This document shows positions 39,228 to 50,485 of a stretch of DNA of 64,000 nucleotides, piece after piece. Below the pieces are notes generated by a model. It had not been told where the DNA came from and ran no database searches. It worked only from the letters and a program-made list of their open reading frames with translations. The position numbers were made by a program, and so were the translations under genes. The number at the start of each line of letters is the position of its first letter. The stretch's first letter is position 1. The stretch is from the NCBI GenBank assembly GCA_029856145.1, contig JAHQWK010000016.1:64001-128000 (forward strand). The letters run 5' to 3'. Source of the stretch: Promethearchaeia archaeon (GTDB lineage Archaea > Asgardarchaeota > Lokiarchaeia > Sigyniarchaeales > SOKP01).

Positions 39228-40763
39228 ATGTTTGTTGCAGCGTTGGATTTAGGAACAACAGGATGCAGAACATATATTTTTGATTTATCGGGTACGATAA
39301 TCGCTAGTGATTATCAAGAGTGGCAAAGTTTTTACCCTTCTCCATCATTTGTAGAGCAAGATGCCAATATTTGGTGGGAATCTATTAAAATAACTATAGA
39401 AAATGCAATTAAAAAGAGTGGTATTGATAAAACAGATATTGTGAGTCTTTCTGTAACAAATCAAAGAGAAACAATTGTACCTGTTGATAAAGATGGAAAT
39501 CCACTTCATAATGCATTAGTCTGGCAAGATAGGCGGACAATAGATCAAGTAGAATATATTAAAACCAAAGTTGGTATTGATAAAATTTATGAAACGACAG
39601 GATTGACAATAGATCCTTATTTCTCTGCAACAAAAATATTGTGGTTTAAAGTGGAGAAACCAGAGATATATCAAAAAACTCATAAGTTTTTGCTTGTTTC
39701 AGATTTCATTATACACAAGTTAACAGGTAAATTCTGTACAGATTTTTCAAATGCTTCACGGACAATGTTATTTGATATCAATGAATTAAAATATTCTGAT
39801 AAAATTGCATCTGAATTGGAAATAGATTTAGATAAAATGCCAGATGCATTAGAGAGTGGTGTTGATATCGGAGAAATTGAAACAGAGGAAACGTTATTTG
39901 ATAAAAAAACTTTAGTTATAACAGGTGCGGGAGATCAGCAATCAGCAGCTCTAGGTGTTGGAGTTGTAACTCCTGGGAAAATTAAGTGCACAACAGGAAC
40001 AGGAAGTTTTATTTTAGCTTATTTATCCCAACCAAAATATGACCCTATGAAGCGAGTATTATGTAGTTGTCATGCAGTTCCAGGTACATGGGTGCAAGAA
40101 GCAAGTATTTTTACAAGTGGAGCGGTATTAAGATGGGTTAGAGATCAATTAGGATATGCAGAATGCGTTGCAGTTCAAGAAGGTCAAGATCCATACGAAT
40201 CGATTACTGCTGAAGCAAAGAAATCATCTATTGGAGCAAATGGTTTGCTTTTAATTCCCCACTTTGTTGGTTCTGGAGCACCGCATTGGAATCCGCATGC
40301 AAAAGGTATTATTTTTGGATTAGCTTTAGGACATGAACGAAAAGATCTATATAGAGCAGTACTTGAGGGTGTAGCTTACGAGATACGAAAAAACATTGAA
40401 GTCTTCAAAGAATTAGGAATTACGCCAAAAGAATTAATGCTAACAGGTGGAGGCTCTCGTTCTGATTTTTGGAATCAGATTTATGCTGATGTATTAGGAA
40501 TAACTTGTGTTAGAAATGTTATTGAAGAATCAACATCATTAGGTGCTGCGATATTAGCTGCTTCGGGAGCAGGAATCTTTCCAGATATAGCTAAAGCAGC
40601 CGAGAATTTATGTAAAATCGATAAAAAGTGGCTTCCTAACGATGAACGGCATAAATTATATGAAAAATTTTATAATTTCTCTTATGAAATGTATGAATTG
40701 ATAAATAGCAGAAATATGTACAAGAAATTCGATGAGATAATTCAAAATAAAGAATTTGCGTAA
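39228..40763 (+). CDS. FGGY-family carbohydrate kinase (glycerol kinase-like)
   Basis: DLGTT, TNQRET, WQDRRT, DPYFSATK, SNASRTML, GDQQ, GTGSF; ATG at 39228 preferred. Confidence 0.9.
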   Translation: MFVAALDLGTTGCRTYIFDLSGTIIASDYQEWQSFYPSPSFVEQDANIWWESIKITIENAIKKSGIDKTDIVSLSVTNQRETIVPVDKDGNPLHNALVWQDRRTIDQVEYIKTKVGIDKIYETTGLTIDPYFSATKILWFKVEKPEIYQKTHKFLLVSDFIIHKLTGKFCTDFSNASRTMLFDINELKYSDKIASELEIDLDKMPDALESGVDIGEIETEETLFDKKTLVITGAGDQQSAALGVGVVTPGKIKCTTGTGSFILAYLSQPKYDPMKRVLCSCHAVPGTWVQEASIFTSGAVLRWVRDQLGYAECVAVQEGQDPYESITAEAKKSSIGANGLLLIPHFVGSGAPHWNPHAKGIIFGLALGHERKDLYRAVLEGVAYEIRKNIEVFKELGITPKELMLTGGGSRSDFWNQIYADVLGITCVRNVIEESTSLGAAILAASGAGIFPDIAKAAENLCKIDKKWLPNDERHKLYEKFYNFSYEMYELINSRNMYKKFDEIIQNKEFA

Positions 40764-40856
40764 AAACTGAAATTAATTCATAATAAACAATTTTATATAC
40801 TTAAAATGTTATTTTTTCTATAATTAAAACTACTTGCAGAGAAGAAAAAGAAAAAA

Positions 40857-41474
40857 GTGAACGAAATGGAGCATGAATCTTCAAGTTTAACTAAAGAATA
40901 TAGGAAAGGCCAGAAAGTTATATCAATGATATTTTTCATTTTAATAGTTATTGCCAGTATAATTACTCTGGGGGGCATTGTTTGGACCTTTGCGGATATC
41001 TTTATCGGCACAACAGGAAAATGGGAAGCATTTTTAACACTAAATTTGGGATATCAGATAGCTATCATTGGGGGACTTTTAGCGGGTATGTTTTTTTTGC
41101 TAATCTTCTTTTTTGGATTATTCAAAAAAACTTCACGTTCGTTGATTCATTTTATTTATAAAAAGAGGGAGCTTGAAGAAAAATATAAAAATCGTACAGA
41201 CGTTAAAATTGCAGCATGGGGATTATTAATCAGCTTAATTGGTATTATTATTGGAATGATTTTTGCAATTATTGTAGATATTTTTGCTAGTGGTTCAGGA
41301 GACCCATCAACAATTTTAACTCTATTAGGAAGTACAGGCCCCCGAGTGCTATTTATAGGAATTGGACTCTTTATGCTTGTTGGTATTGCCCTTTTCATGA
41401 TTTACTTTTGGAAGAACGGGTACTACCTTATTCTCCGCATTATGGGTAAGTTGGAAAGGAGTAATAATACTTAA
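40857..41474 (+). CDS. Four-TM membrane protein with internal duplication
   Basis: Four hydrophobic segments; the two halves are similar. Confidence 0.7.
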   Translation: MNEMEHESSSLTKEYRKGQKVISMIFFILIVIASIITLGGIVWTFADIFIGTTGKWEAFLTLNLGYQIAIIGGLLAGMFFLLIFFFGLFKKTSRSLIHFIYKKRELEEKYKNRTDVKIAAWGLLISLIGIIIGMIFAIIVDIFASGSGDPSTILTLLGSTGPRVLFIGIGLFMLVGIALFMIYFWKNGYYLILRIMGKLERSNNT

Positions 41475-41614
41475 CAGTCTTTATTCATCCAATCAATCCT
41501 ATTTTTTTTAATTAAATTAGAAATCTTTTACTCTTTTATTTTTTTTATATAAATTTATTCTCTAATAAATTCAAATCAGTATTTTAATCGATCTAATAAC
41601 GCCAATTTGATAAT

Positions 41615-43138
41615 ATGGCTATTAAAGTTGGAACTGTTTTTAATTATTTACAATTGCCTAATGTATCTAAGTTCCCTTTTGTTATCAATAAAAGACAAGA
41701 CAATATTTTTGTTCAAAAAGGATTATTTGTATATACAAAATCAAATGAGGGATTTTTAATTGGTGTTATCGAAGAAATTATCTTGTTAAATGAATACTTT
41801 ACTGATGCATTAACAATTAAAGCTTATAATAATAACAATAATCCAAACATTTTAAAAGGACTTTTTCCAAGTGAAGATTTTGAATTTGCGATTGCTATTG
41901 TGAAATGCTTAGGATTAATTAAATTCAAAGACAACAATTTAAAAGAAATTGAGAAAGTTCAACGAATGACTTACCCTGCAAGCCCCGGAAAGGGTGTTTA
42001 TATCGTGGAGGAAGATATCCTTTTTAAATTTCTTGGATTTGATACTGATTATGGGTTAGATCTTGGACAAGTAAAAGTAACAAATTCCAAAGCGAAAATT
42101 AATATGAACAGGTTGCTAAACAAGCATTTTGCTATTCTTTCAATCTCAGGAGGAGGAAAGAGTTATCTTACTTCAGTTCTTATTGAAGAGCTTTTATCTA
42201 GAAATGAGGATTATGGTACTCCAGCTATCATATTGTTTGATGTTCATGGAGAGTATATTTATTTAAAGGATATCCCTGAATTAAAAAATAAAATAAAAAT
42301 ACAGGATATTTCCTATTTTCAAATTGGAATCCCTAAATTATCAGTTTATTCTTTTAAGAAATATCAAGAACAAATTTCATATGTTCAAATAAGAGAACTT
42401 TCAAAATATATAAAGAAATTGAAAAGAGATAAAAATAGAAAGAACCAATATACTCTAAATGACATAATTGGACAGATCGAAAATGAAACTGAAGGAAATC
42501 GAAGTACAAAACAAGCTTTAGTTGGTTGGTTATCAGAATTAAAACGACTTACTCTATTTGGCTCTCAAGAAAATCCATTATTAAATAACGTTGTAAACAA
42601 ACAACAATTAACTATTTTTAACTTTCAAAAAGAAATAAGCATTAGAAAAAAACAAATAATTGTTGATTATATCTGCAATCGACTATTTGAACTTCGAAGA
42701 ACAAATAACATTCCTCCATTTTTACTAATTGTAGAGGAAGCACATCAATTTTGTCCTGAAGCGGCCCATGCTAAAGCAATTTCAAAACCCATAATTGAGA
42801 TGATAGCTAGAGAAGGAAGGAAATTTATGGCTTGTTTATGCTTAATTAGTCAGAGACCAAAGAAATTAAGTACTACTGCGTTGTCACAATGCAATTCTAA
42901 ACTAGTTTTAAACATAAAAAATCCGTATGATTTAAAACATTTAATGGATAGTTCAGAAGCAATTACTAAAGAATATACTAGTATGATCTCTAGTTTAGGA
43001 GTAGGAGAAATGTTAATAATGGGAAATGCTGTAAATTATCCAGTATTCATCGATGTTAGAGAAAGAAATTTCAAATCAAAAAGCGAAGAGACATCATTAG
43101 CCCAATTTTGCTTAAATTGGCAAAGTAAAGAATTATAG
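41615..43138 (+). CDS. HerA/FtsK-family ATPase
   Basis: N-terminal HAS-like barrel, KHFAILSISGGGKS, FDVHGEY, VEEAH, AREGRKF, SQRP. Confidence 0.9.
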   Translation: MAIKVGTVFNYLQLPNVSKFPFVINKRQDNIFVQKGLFVYTKSNEGFLIGVIEEIILLNEYFTDALTIKAYNNNNNPNILKGLFPSEDFEFAIAIVKCLGLIKFKDNNLKEIEKVQRMTYPASPGKGVYIVEEDILFKFLGFDTDYGLDLGQVKVTNSKAKINMNRLLNKHFAILSISGGGKSYLTSVLIEELLSRNEDYGTPAIILFDVHGEYIYLKDIPELKNKIKIQDISYFQIGIPKLSVYSFKKYQEQISYVQIRELSKYIKKLKRDKNRKNQYTLNDIIGQIENETEGNRSTKQALVGWLSELKRLTLFGSQENPLLNNVVNKQQLTIFNFQKEISIRKKQIIVDYICNRLFELRRTNNIPPFLLIVEEAHQFCPEAAHAKAISKPIIEMIAREGRKFMACLCLISQRPKKLSTTALSQCNSKLVLNIKNPYDLKHLMDSSEAITKEYTSMISSLGVGEMLIMGNAVNYPVFIDVRERNFKSKSEETSLAQFCLNWQSKEL

Positions 43139-43327
43139 TAGTTCAGAAGTTAACCCTTCTCTTAATGCAGAATTATTTTTTTTAAGAACTATCATTTTTT
43201 TGTTTTTTGAAACTCGGAAAACATTAATTATCCCCATGCTTTCTAGTTTCATAAAGAGTTCTTCTAATAACAATGAATTTACGAATGGAAATTCTTTTCT
43301 AAGAAGTTCTTCGAGCCTTTTATCCAA
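43133..43327 (-). CDS. Small hypothetical protein, possibly winged-helix-like
   Basis: TTG start after AAGGGG; pattern L.KLE.MGII.V.R....K.I.L. Confidence 0.5.
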   Translation of the reverse strand: MDKRLEELLRKEFPFVNSLLLEELFMKLESMGIINVFRVSKNKKMIVLKKNNSALREGLTSELL

Positions 43328-43471
43328 AATTTCCCCTTTATTTTTTATTAATATATCAATTACAGAATTTAAGATTGGCTTTTGATTCCATCTATGAGAT
43401 TCGATTTTGCTTCACCAAAAAATAGAAATTTAATATTTAGAATGTCTTATTTCTAATTAATTTTATGAATT

Positions 43472-45703
43472 TTAAACAAACAACCTGTCTTCCTTAGATT
43501 CTTCAATTCTTCTGGTTTTTAACTTGTCACCAAATTTTACGTACCATTCGATTATTTCGGGTGTTAATGTAGGGTTAACTATCTTTCTTGCTTCTTTAAA
43601 ATGCTCTAATGATACTTTTCGCGCTCTAATATTTTCTCTCAAAGCAATCATAGCCGCTTCACGGCACCAAGTCTCGATATCAGCTCCAGAAAAACCTTCA
43701 GTCATATTATTTAAATTCTCCAAAATTATATTACTCGTTAAAGGCATATCTTTAGTAAAAATTTTTAAAATTTCGAGTCTTCCCTTTTCATCTGGTTTGG
43801 AAACAAACAATATGCGATCAATCCTCCCAGGTCGTATTAATGCTGGATCTAAGATATCAGGACGGTTAGTGGCCGCAATCACGACTATATCTTTCATAAC
43901 TTCTAGTCCATCTAATTCCGTTAAAAATTGAGATAACACTTTTTCGGTTACACCAGAGTCTGATGTATGTCTACCTCTACTTGGTGCAATTGAATCAAAT
44001 TCATCAAAAAAAATAATGCAAGGAGATGCCATTTTAGCTTTGCGGAAAATTTCTCTAATCGCTTTCTCTGATTCTCCTACCCATTTAGATAAGAGTTCCG
44101 GACCTTTTATTGATATGAAATTTGCTTGACTTTCAGTTGCTACAGCTCTCGCTAATAAAGTTTTACCGCAACCAGGTGGACCATAAAGTAGGATTCCTTT
44201 TGGGGGTGTTATTCCCATACGAGTAAATATAGTAGGATTTGATATTGGCCATTCTACAGCTTCATTTAATTGTTGCTTTAAATCATCCAAACCACCTACT
44301 TGATCCCACGGTACATTTGGAACCTCTACAAATACTTCTCTTATTCCAGAAGGTAAGATTTCTTTTAATGCGTCCTCAAAATCTTCTTTAGTAACTTCGA
44401 TTTGTTCTAATAATTCTGGATCAATTATTTCTGATTCTAAGTCAATTTTAGGTAAATATCTCCTTAAAGCTGACATTGCAGCTTCTCGACAAACTGCTGA
44501 AATATCCGCTCCTACAAATCCATGAGTTATTTGGGAAAATTCTTTCAATGAAATCTTCTTATCAAGAGGCATATTTCGCGTATGTATTTGAAATACTTCT
44601 CTCCTACCTTTTTCATTTGGAACTTTTATCTCAATTTCACGATCAAACCTCCCTGGGCGTCTTAATGCGGGATCCAGACTATTTGGTCTATTAGTCGCTC
44701 CTATCACAATTACTTTTCCCCTGCCATGTAAGCCATCCATTAATGCTAATAACTGTGCAACAACTCTACGTTCTACTTCCCCTGTAACAGTCTCTCTCTT
44801 TGGGGCAATAGCATCAATTTCATCTATAAAAATAATAGCAGGACTCTTTTCTTCTGCTTCAATAAATATCTTCCTCAATTTCTTTTCAGATTCCCCGTAA
44901 AATTTACTCATAATTTCTGGACCATTTATCGAAATGAAATGTGCCTCACTTTCGTTAGCTACCGCCTTAGCTAATAATGTTTTTCCACAACCAGGTGGTC
45001 CTCTTAGAAGAACTCCTTTTGGTGGATCAATCCCTAAATGCTTGAACAACGATGGATGTCGTAAAGGTAATTCCACCATTTCTCTCACTCGTTGAATTTC
45101 TTTATCCAATCCACCAACATCTTCATATGTTATATAATTAAGCCCTCTTTCTTCCTCTTCAATGATTCTTTCGCTTAAATTAAGTATTGTATCTTGCTTA
45201 ATAACACAAACTCCTTTTGGTCTCATACTTATAACTTTGAAAGTGATCTCTCTGCTAATGCCAATAGAAATAAAAATATAATCGTCCAATGTAATCGGAT
45301 AATTATTTAATTTCCTTTTTACAAAACTTTCAAGTCGAGGATCAATTTTTATCGAAAAGTTTGATGGAGCTAAAACAACATGTTGGGCAACCTCAGTTTT
45401 CACTTTTCGAATTTCAATAGTATCGTCGATTCTAGATCCTGTATTTTTCTGAAGTCTAGAATCAACACGTACAATTCCTAATCCATTATCTTGAGGATAA
45501 CTTGGCCATGCGATTCCAGCACTCTCTTTCTTACCATTAACAGAGATGACATCACCAGTTTGAATATTTAGCTTTTCCATTGTTTTTGGATCAATTCTTA
45601 TAATATTGCGTCCAATATCCCTTTTTTTAGCCTTTTGAACACGTAAGGTTACACTAAGTATATCATCATCTTTCTCCTTACTATTATTACCTTTTGATGG
45701 CAT
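43472..45703 (-). CDS. cdc48: CDC48/VCP AAA+ ATPase
   Basis: N-domain plus two AAA modules (GPPGCGKT twice, [18 protein letters not shown]). Confidence 0.97.
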   Translation of the reverse strand: MPSKGNNSKEKDDDILSVTLRVQKAKKRDIGRNIIRIDPKTMEKLNIQTGDVISVNGKKESAGIAWPSYPQDNGLGIVRVDSRLQKNTGSRIDDTIEIRKVKTEVAQHVVLAPSNFSIKIDPRLESFVKRKLNNYPITLDDYIFISIGISREITFKVISMRPKGVCVIKQDTILNLSERIIEEEERGLNYITYEDVGGLDKEIQRVREMVELPLRHPSLFKHLGIDPPKGVLLRGPPGCGKTLLAKAVANESEAHFISINGPEIMSKFYGESEKKLRKIFIEAEEKSPAIIFIDEIDAIAPKRETVTGEVERRVVAQLLALMDGLHGRGKVIVIGATNRPNSLDPALRRPGRFDREIEIKVPNEKGRREVFQIHTRNMPLDKKISLKEFSQITHGFVGADISAVCREAAMSALRRYLPKIDLESEIIDPELLEQIEVTKEDFEDALKEILPSGIREVFVEVPNVPWDQVGGLDDLKQQLNEAVEWPISNPTIFTRMGITPPKGILLYGPPGCGKTLLARAVATESQANFISIKGPELLSKWVGESEKAIREIFRKAKMASPCIIFFDEFDSIAPSRGRHTSDSGVTEKVLSQFLTELDGLEVMKDIVVIAATNRPDILDPALIRPGRIDRILFVSKPDEKGRLEILKIFTKDMPLTSNIILENLNNMTEGFSGADIETWCREAAMIALRENIRARKVSLEHFKEARKIVNPTLTPEIIEWYVKFGDKLKTRRIEESKEDRLFV

Positions 45704-45802
45704 GATATATTGATTTTTCCATAATTTTATTATTCTAATATTGAGAATTATTAATTTCGTAAAAGTTTTTGCTTTTTTTTGATTAAGGTTTTTTCTACAT
45801 TT

Positions 45803-46849
45803 TTAAAAAAAATCATCCAGTGAAACTTGAACTTTTGAAGAATCTAATTTCCTCAATCTATCTAAAGCATTTTCTACCCTTTGCCGCGAAAAATTGTGTT
45901 GTTCTATTAATAATTCTTCCAGTTTATCAAAGTCGATTTTCTTTGGTTTTGATATCTTATAATCCTTTTTTACATCAGGATTTAAAAATATATCTTTAAT
46001 TTGGGTGACTAGTTCTAAGTTTAAAATGATCTCCTTTCCCCCAATTTTAACTTGATTTTTCAATATATTTTCTATTGTATCATATTTCCTAATTAAGTCT
46101 AGTGCTGTTTTTTGACCAATCCCCTTAATACCTTGAAAAAAATCAGTCCCAATCATTATTCCCATCTCAATTAGTTGCTCTCTATTTATTCCAAGATTAT
46201 TTAAGAATTTGTTTAATGACACATATTCTATATCTAATGTAACAGTTGTATCTCTTACCTTCCTACTTCGACTTATGGCAAAATTTCTAAGCAATCTTTC
46301 TCCTCCAAATAATAAAGTATCGTAATCTTGGGAAGCACACGCCCAAGCATCTCCTTTTTCAACTAAATATGCTGATTGAGCTTCTCCTTCAGAGTTAGCT
46401 TGAATTATCGGCATTCCCATAAACTCAATCAATTTTTTACTTTCTTCAATCATTCCTGCATCTAATGTAGATGTTAATTGGGCAAACTTTTTAGCTTCCT
46501 TAAAATCCTCATCGTCTTGAGCTTTAATCATTTTCTTCTTAGCTTCAGTTTTTATTTTTTTCCGTTCTTTTATTGTATCCAGTTTCAATTCAGAAGGGAT
46601 TCCATCAAAAACATAAATTGGTTTGATAGTGTGCTCCAAAAAATTGATTGATCTATAGAAAAGTCCAGAAAGATGCGATGTTACATTTCCTTGATAATCC
46701 TTTAAAGGAGTTCCATCTCTCTGTCTTATTATTGCTAAAAATTGATAAATTGTGTTAAATGCATCAATAGCAATGTTTTTTTTAAAGAGATTTTCAAATG
46801 TGATAGTTCTTTTGACTTCGTTTACTAACTCATTTATTTTAACGCCCAT
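45803..46849 (-). CDS. fen: Flap endonuclease 1
   Basis: MGV, IDAFN..YQFL, TSHLSG, EGEAQ, SQDYD, GTDF, C-terminal PIP box QVSLDDFF. Confidence 0.97.
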   Translation of the reverse strand: MGVKINELVNEVKRTITFENLFKKNIAIDAFNTIYQFLAIIRQRDGTPLKDYQGNVTSHLSGLFYRSINFLEHTIKPIYVFDGIPSELKLDTIKERKKIKTEAKKKMIKAQDDEDFKEAKKFAQLTSTLDAGMIEESKKLIEFMGMPIIQANSEGEAQSAYLVEKGDAWACASQDYDTLLFGGERLLRNFAISRSRKVRDTTVTLDIEYVSLNKFLNNLGINREQLIEMGIMIGTDFFQGIKGIGQKTALDLIRKYDTIENILKNQVKIGGKEIILNLELVTQIKDIFLNPDVKKDYKISKPKKIDFDKLEELLIEQHNFSRQRVENALDRLRKLDSSKVQVSLDDFF

Positions 46850-46919
46850 TTCTTTCTTATTCCCTATTTTCTATATGTATTTGTGATACAACTTATATAA
46901 TTACCACTAATATATTATA

Positions 46920-47456
46920 TTATTTCTTTGGTCGTCTTCTTAGTTTTAATCCACAAATTTCACAATTTTTATTCAAATCTTCAGCTCTATGAATTTTTTT
47001 GCAATAAGGGCAATAAATTTCCCAGATTATTTTAGCTTCAATACCATCTTTATATAAAGAAGAATAAGGTATGTTTAGCTCAGAGCAAACATTTTCAATA
47101 GTATAATCATTACTATAAATCCTTAGATTTTCTCCTTGCTCTTCTATTAACTCTAAACTTATTGCTAAAAGCCCCTTATCCGCATCTGATAATGCATTAA
47201 AATCCCCTGTATCTTTAGATATTTCACTTATCTTAGTGATATATTCGTTTTTAGGAACTTTTATTTTTAATGTTCTGGCTTCAATTGCGGCGTAGATTTT
47301 ATTTAAAATATTTCTATTCTTTTCTTTATATCTACTATCATTTACTTCCTCAATTATAGAAGGCGTTGTATAAATGACTCCTTCGATTACATTAAAATCA
47401 ATTCCAGTTAGGAAAATATTAGTATCAAAAATATAAATTGAAGCTTTTTCTTTCAT
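46920..47456 (-). CDS. nob1: Endoribonuclease Nob1 (PIN + Zn ribbon)
   Basis: FDTN, TGD..ALSDAD, SNDY..ENV, CPYC..CEICG. Confidence 0.9.
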   Translation of the reverse strand: MKEKASIYIFDTNIFLTGIDFNVIEGVIYTTPSIIEEVNDSRYKEKNRNILNKIYAAIEARTLKIKVPKNEYITKISEISKDTGDFNALSDADKGLLAISLELIEEQGENLRIYSNDYTIENVCSELNIPYSSLYKDGIEAKIIWEIYCPYCKKIHRAEDLNKNCEICGLKLRRRPKK

Positions 47457-47508
47457 ATTACTATTCTTCGGTTATGCATTATCAGATATTTTATATTCTC
47501 CTCAAATA

Positions 47509-48408
47509 TTATTCTTCAGGAGAATCATCAATAGGAACTCTTCTTACAGTACCAATAATTTTCTTTCTCAATCGTGTATAATAACTTCTACTAAACCGAA
47601 TAAATTTATTTTGAGAATTTGCTTTACGAATTCTGATTTTAGTATTAGGGGCAATTCTCCTAATGATTTGTTGGCCATCTATTACAATTTTCGCATCTAA
47701 TCGTGGTCTTAATAGCTGAATCTCAATTTCAGAATCAACGGGGACTATTATTGGTTTCAAACCAGATCCTGCAAAACTATTTAGTGGAGTTATTTGCATA
47801 GTTTCCATATTAGGGTTCACAATTGCTCCACCTGCACTTAAATTATAAGCTGTAGATCCCGTAGGTGTTGAAATTATTACTCCATCTAAATAACTTCGAT
47901 TTAGAAATACGCCATCAATTCTGATTGACACTTGTAAAACTTTTGAACTTTTAGAAGATACAATTAAAACTTCATTCAAGGCATTACTCAATTTAATTTC
48001 ACCAGAATTTTTAGCTATATAAGCTGTAATTTTAGAACATTTTTCTAACCTAAATTCATCGTTTAAAACCCTCATTAAATCTTTAAATATCGTTCTTGCA
48101 TTAGATTCATCTAGAAACCCAATAGAACCAACATTTACTCCCAAAATAGGAGGAGGATTTTGTTGAGATAAACTACTAGCAACTCTTAATATTGATCCAT
48201 CTCCACCAACAATCACAATGAATTTAATGTTCTCAGCATTCATTTCACCTAAATCCATACCATTATGTGGAAAAATTTTTGGAGCTATTCTCGTTTCCAA
48301 ATAAACAATTTCACCTTTTTGAACTAAGTATTCAAAAACCCTCCTTGTTAGTTTAATTGCTCTTTCTGAATCCAATCTACAAGCTAAAGCTATTGGCTTT
48401 TTCTCCAT
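47509..48408 (-). CDS. nadK: NAD+ kinase
   Basis: GGDGS, ALNE, DGVIISTPTGSTAYNLSAGG. Confidence 0.95.
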   Translation of the reverse strand: MEKKPIALACRLDSERAIKLTRRVFEYLVQKGEIVYLETRIAPKIFPHNGMDLGEMNAENIKFIVIVGGDGSILRVASSLSQQNPPPILGVNVGSIGFLDESNARTIFKDLMRVLNDEFRLEKCSKITAYIAKNSGEIKLSNALNEVLIVSSKSSKVLQVSIRIDGVFLNRSYLDGVIISTPTGSTAYNLSAGGAIVNPNMETMQITPLNSFAGSGLKPIIVPVDSEIEIQLLRPRLDAKIVIDGQQIIRRIAPNTKIRIRKANSQNKFIRFSRSYYTRLRKKIIGTVRRVPIDDSPEE

Positions 48409-48505
48409 AACCCTAGGTTTTTCTATTAAGAATTATAATTTAATCTTGATATAATCTAAAAAAATAATGGATAATTAAATTAATAATTGATCTGAACTAC
48501 TTATA

Positions 48506-48934
48506 TTAATTACTGAAAACTCTACTTATAAGTGTTTTTCCCGCCAATTGCCAATATTCTACTTGAGTTGTTGAGATGTTATCAGGATTAGCTTGAAGAT
48601 CCTTTAATTTTTCTTTTAAGTTTTCGTCTTGAGGCCAATCTACATCCAACGATTCATATGACTCTAAATTCATAATATTAATCGAAGTATCCTCAATGAA
48701 GTTTATTTGAGCGTTTCCTTTCATAATTTCTGGCACTTCGACCATATGGCCACTCGGTATTGTGAGTGACCGTTTGTTATTATCAAATAAGCCTACACAA
48801 ACAACACGGACCTTCGCGTGTCCGTGTTTTCCAGATTTCGACCTTTCAGTAGCTTTAATAATACATGGTTCTTCATCAACCATGATATATTGTCCAGTTT
48901 TTAATTTTTGTATCTCTGTTCTTCTAATAGACAA
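48506..48934 (-). CDS. eif5a: Translation factor aIF-5A
   Basis: Hypusine loop SKSGKHGHAK. Confidence 0.96.
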   Translation of the reverse strand: MSIRRTEIQKLKTGQYIMVDEEPCIIKATERSKSGKHGHAKVRVVCVGLFDNNKRSLTIPSGHMVEVPEIMKGNAQINFIEDTSINIMNLESYESLDVDWPQDENLKEKLKDLQANPDNISTTQVEYWQLAGKTLISRVFSN

Positions 48935-49087
48935 TTACATTTACACCTTAGTTTATATATTTTTATCCAAATATTTTTAATTTTGACATTTCTTTTAATT
49001 TATGATATATTATATTTTTTCAAAAAAAAATATTAGTTTTTACTCACTATTTCAAATACCTAAAAAAAATTAATCACTGTTATAATA

Positions 49088-50461
49088 ATGGTTTTAGAAA
49101 AACTAGGAAGGTCATTGGATAACGCCATTAGAACTATCAGACGTTTGCCAAAAGTGGATAAAGATGCAATTGACGCGTTGATCCAACAAATTCAGCGTGC
49201 ATTGCTAGGATCCGATGTAAAAGTCGAATTAGTGTTTGAAATGACCGAAAATATCAGAAAAGAAGCAATGAATACTAAGCTTCAGAAAGTGAGAAGGAAA
49301 GATTTTGTGATTAAATTAATACACGATGAGCTTATAAAACTACTTGGAGGAAAACCCGCACCTATAAGAATAAAGACAGGGAAAAAAAATGTAATTTTAC
49401 TTGTGGGTATCCAAGGTTCGGGTAAAACTACAACAATTGCAAAATTAGCAAAATATTATAAAAGTAAAGGTTATAAAATCGCTGCGTTAACCACTGATAC
49501 TTGGCGACCTGGAGCCTATGAGCAATTAGAACAATTGTCAGAACAAATAGGTGTCAAATGTTATGGAAATCCTAATGAGAAAAATGCTATTAAGATAGCA
49601 ATTCAAGAAACTAAAAAGGCGATAAATGATGGAAATGATATTATAATCGTCGATACTGCTGGAAGACATAAAGAAGAAAAAGAACTAATGAAAGAAATGG
49701 CAATTATAGAACAAAAACTAAAGCCAAATGAAATAATTTTAGTAATAGATGGTACTCTCGGTCAACAAGCATTCAACCAAGCCGAAGCGTTTGCTCAAAC
49801 CACTAATTTAGGTTCAATTATAGTCACTAAATTAGATGGAACTGCGAAAGGAGGTGGTGCTTTATCTGCATGTGCAGCTTCTAATGTGGGTATTAGATTC
49901 ATAGGTATGGGTGAGAAAGTTGATGATTTTGAAGAATTTGAATCCTCAAAATTCGTAGGAACACTACTAGGAATTCCTGATATTGAATCATTAGTTCAGA
50001 AGGTGCAAGAAGCTGAAGTAGATATAGAACCAGAGATGGTTAAAAGAATGATGCACGGGAAATTTACTCTTGATGATTTATATCTGCAGTTGAAGAGCAT
50101 TAAAAAAGTGGGAAAATTTAAACAAATTTTATCTATGATGGGTGGCGGAAATATCCCAGATGCATTAAAGGAGGATGCTGAAGCTAATCTAGCGAAATGG
50201 GAAGTTGTTCTTAATTCTATGACACAACAAGAAAAAGATAATCCAAAAATCATTAAAAAGACTCGAAAAAGACGAATTGCAATTGGAAGCGGAACTCAAT
50301 ACTCTGTTATAAATAAAATGCTCGACCAATACAATGCTATGAAGAAATTTATGAAAAGATTTCTCCAAATGCAGAAGAAAGGGAAAGGGATGCCTGGGAT
50401 GCCTGGACTTCCTGGTGGAAAAGGCGCAGCTGATTTTATGAAAAAGTTAGGTAAGTTTTAA
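49088..50461 (+). CDS. srp54: Signal recognition particle protein SRP54
   Basis: GIQGSGKTTT, DTAGRH, TKLDGTAKGGG, M-domain SMT..E, RIAIGSG. Confidence 0.97.
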   Translation: MVLEKLGRSLDNAIRTIRRLPKVDKDAIDALIQQIQRALLGSDVKVELVFEMTENIRKEAMNTKLQKVRRKDFVIKLIHDELIKLLGGKPAPIRIKTGKKNVILLVGIQGSGKTTTIAKLAKYYKSKGYKIAALTTDTWRPGAYEQLEQLSEQIGVKCYGNPNEKNAIKIAIQETKKAINDGNDIIIVDTAGRHKEEKELMKEMAIIEQKLKPNEIILVIDGTLGQQAFNQAEAFAQTTNLGSIIVTKLDGTAKGGGALSACAASNVGIRFIGMGEKVDDFEEFESSKFVGTLLGIPDIESLVQKVQEAEVDIEPEMVKRMMHGKFTLDDLYLQLKSIKKVGKFKQILSMMGGGNIPDALKEDAEANLAKWEVVLNSMTQQEKDNPKIIKKTRKRRIAIGSGTQYSVINKMLDQYNAMKKFMKRFLQMQKKGKGMPGMPGLPGGKGAADFMKKLGKF

Positions 50462-50485
50462 ATTTATTTCCTATAACAACTAAAA

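Noticed and set aside
42120-42170. HerA Walker A lacking its first Gly (SISGGGKS)
   Set aside because: A small residue here is normal in archaeal HerA
50370-50425. ATGCCTGG repeats at the end of srp54
   Set aside because: Encodes an ordinary GMPGMPGLPG tail of the M-domain
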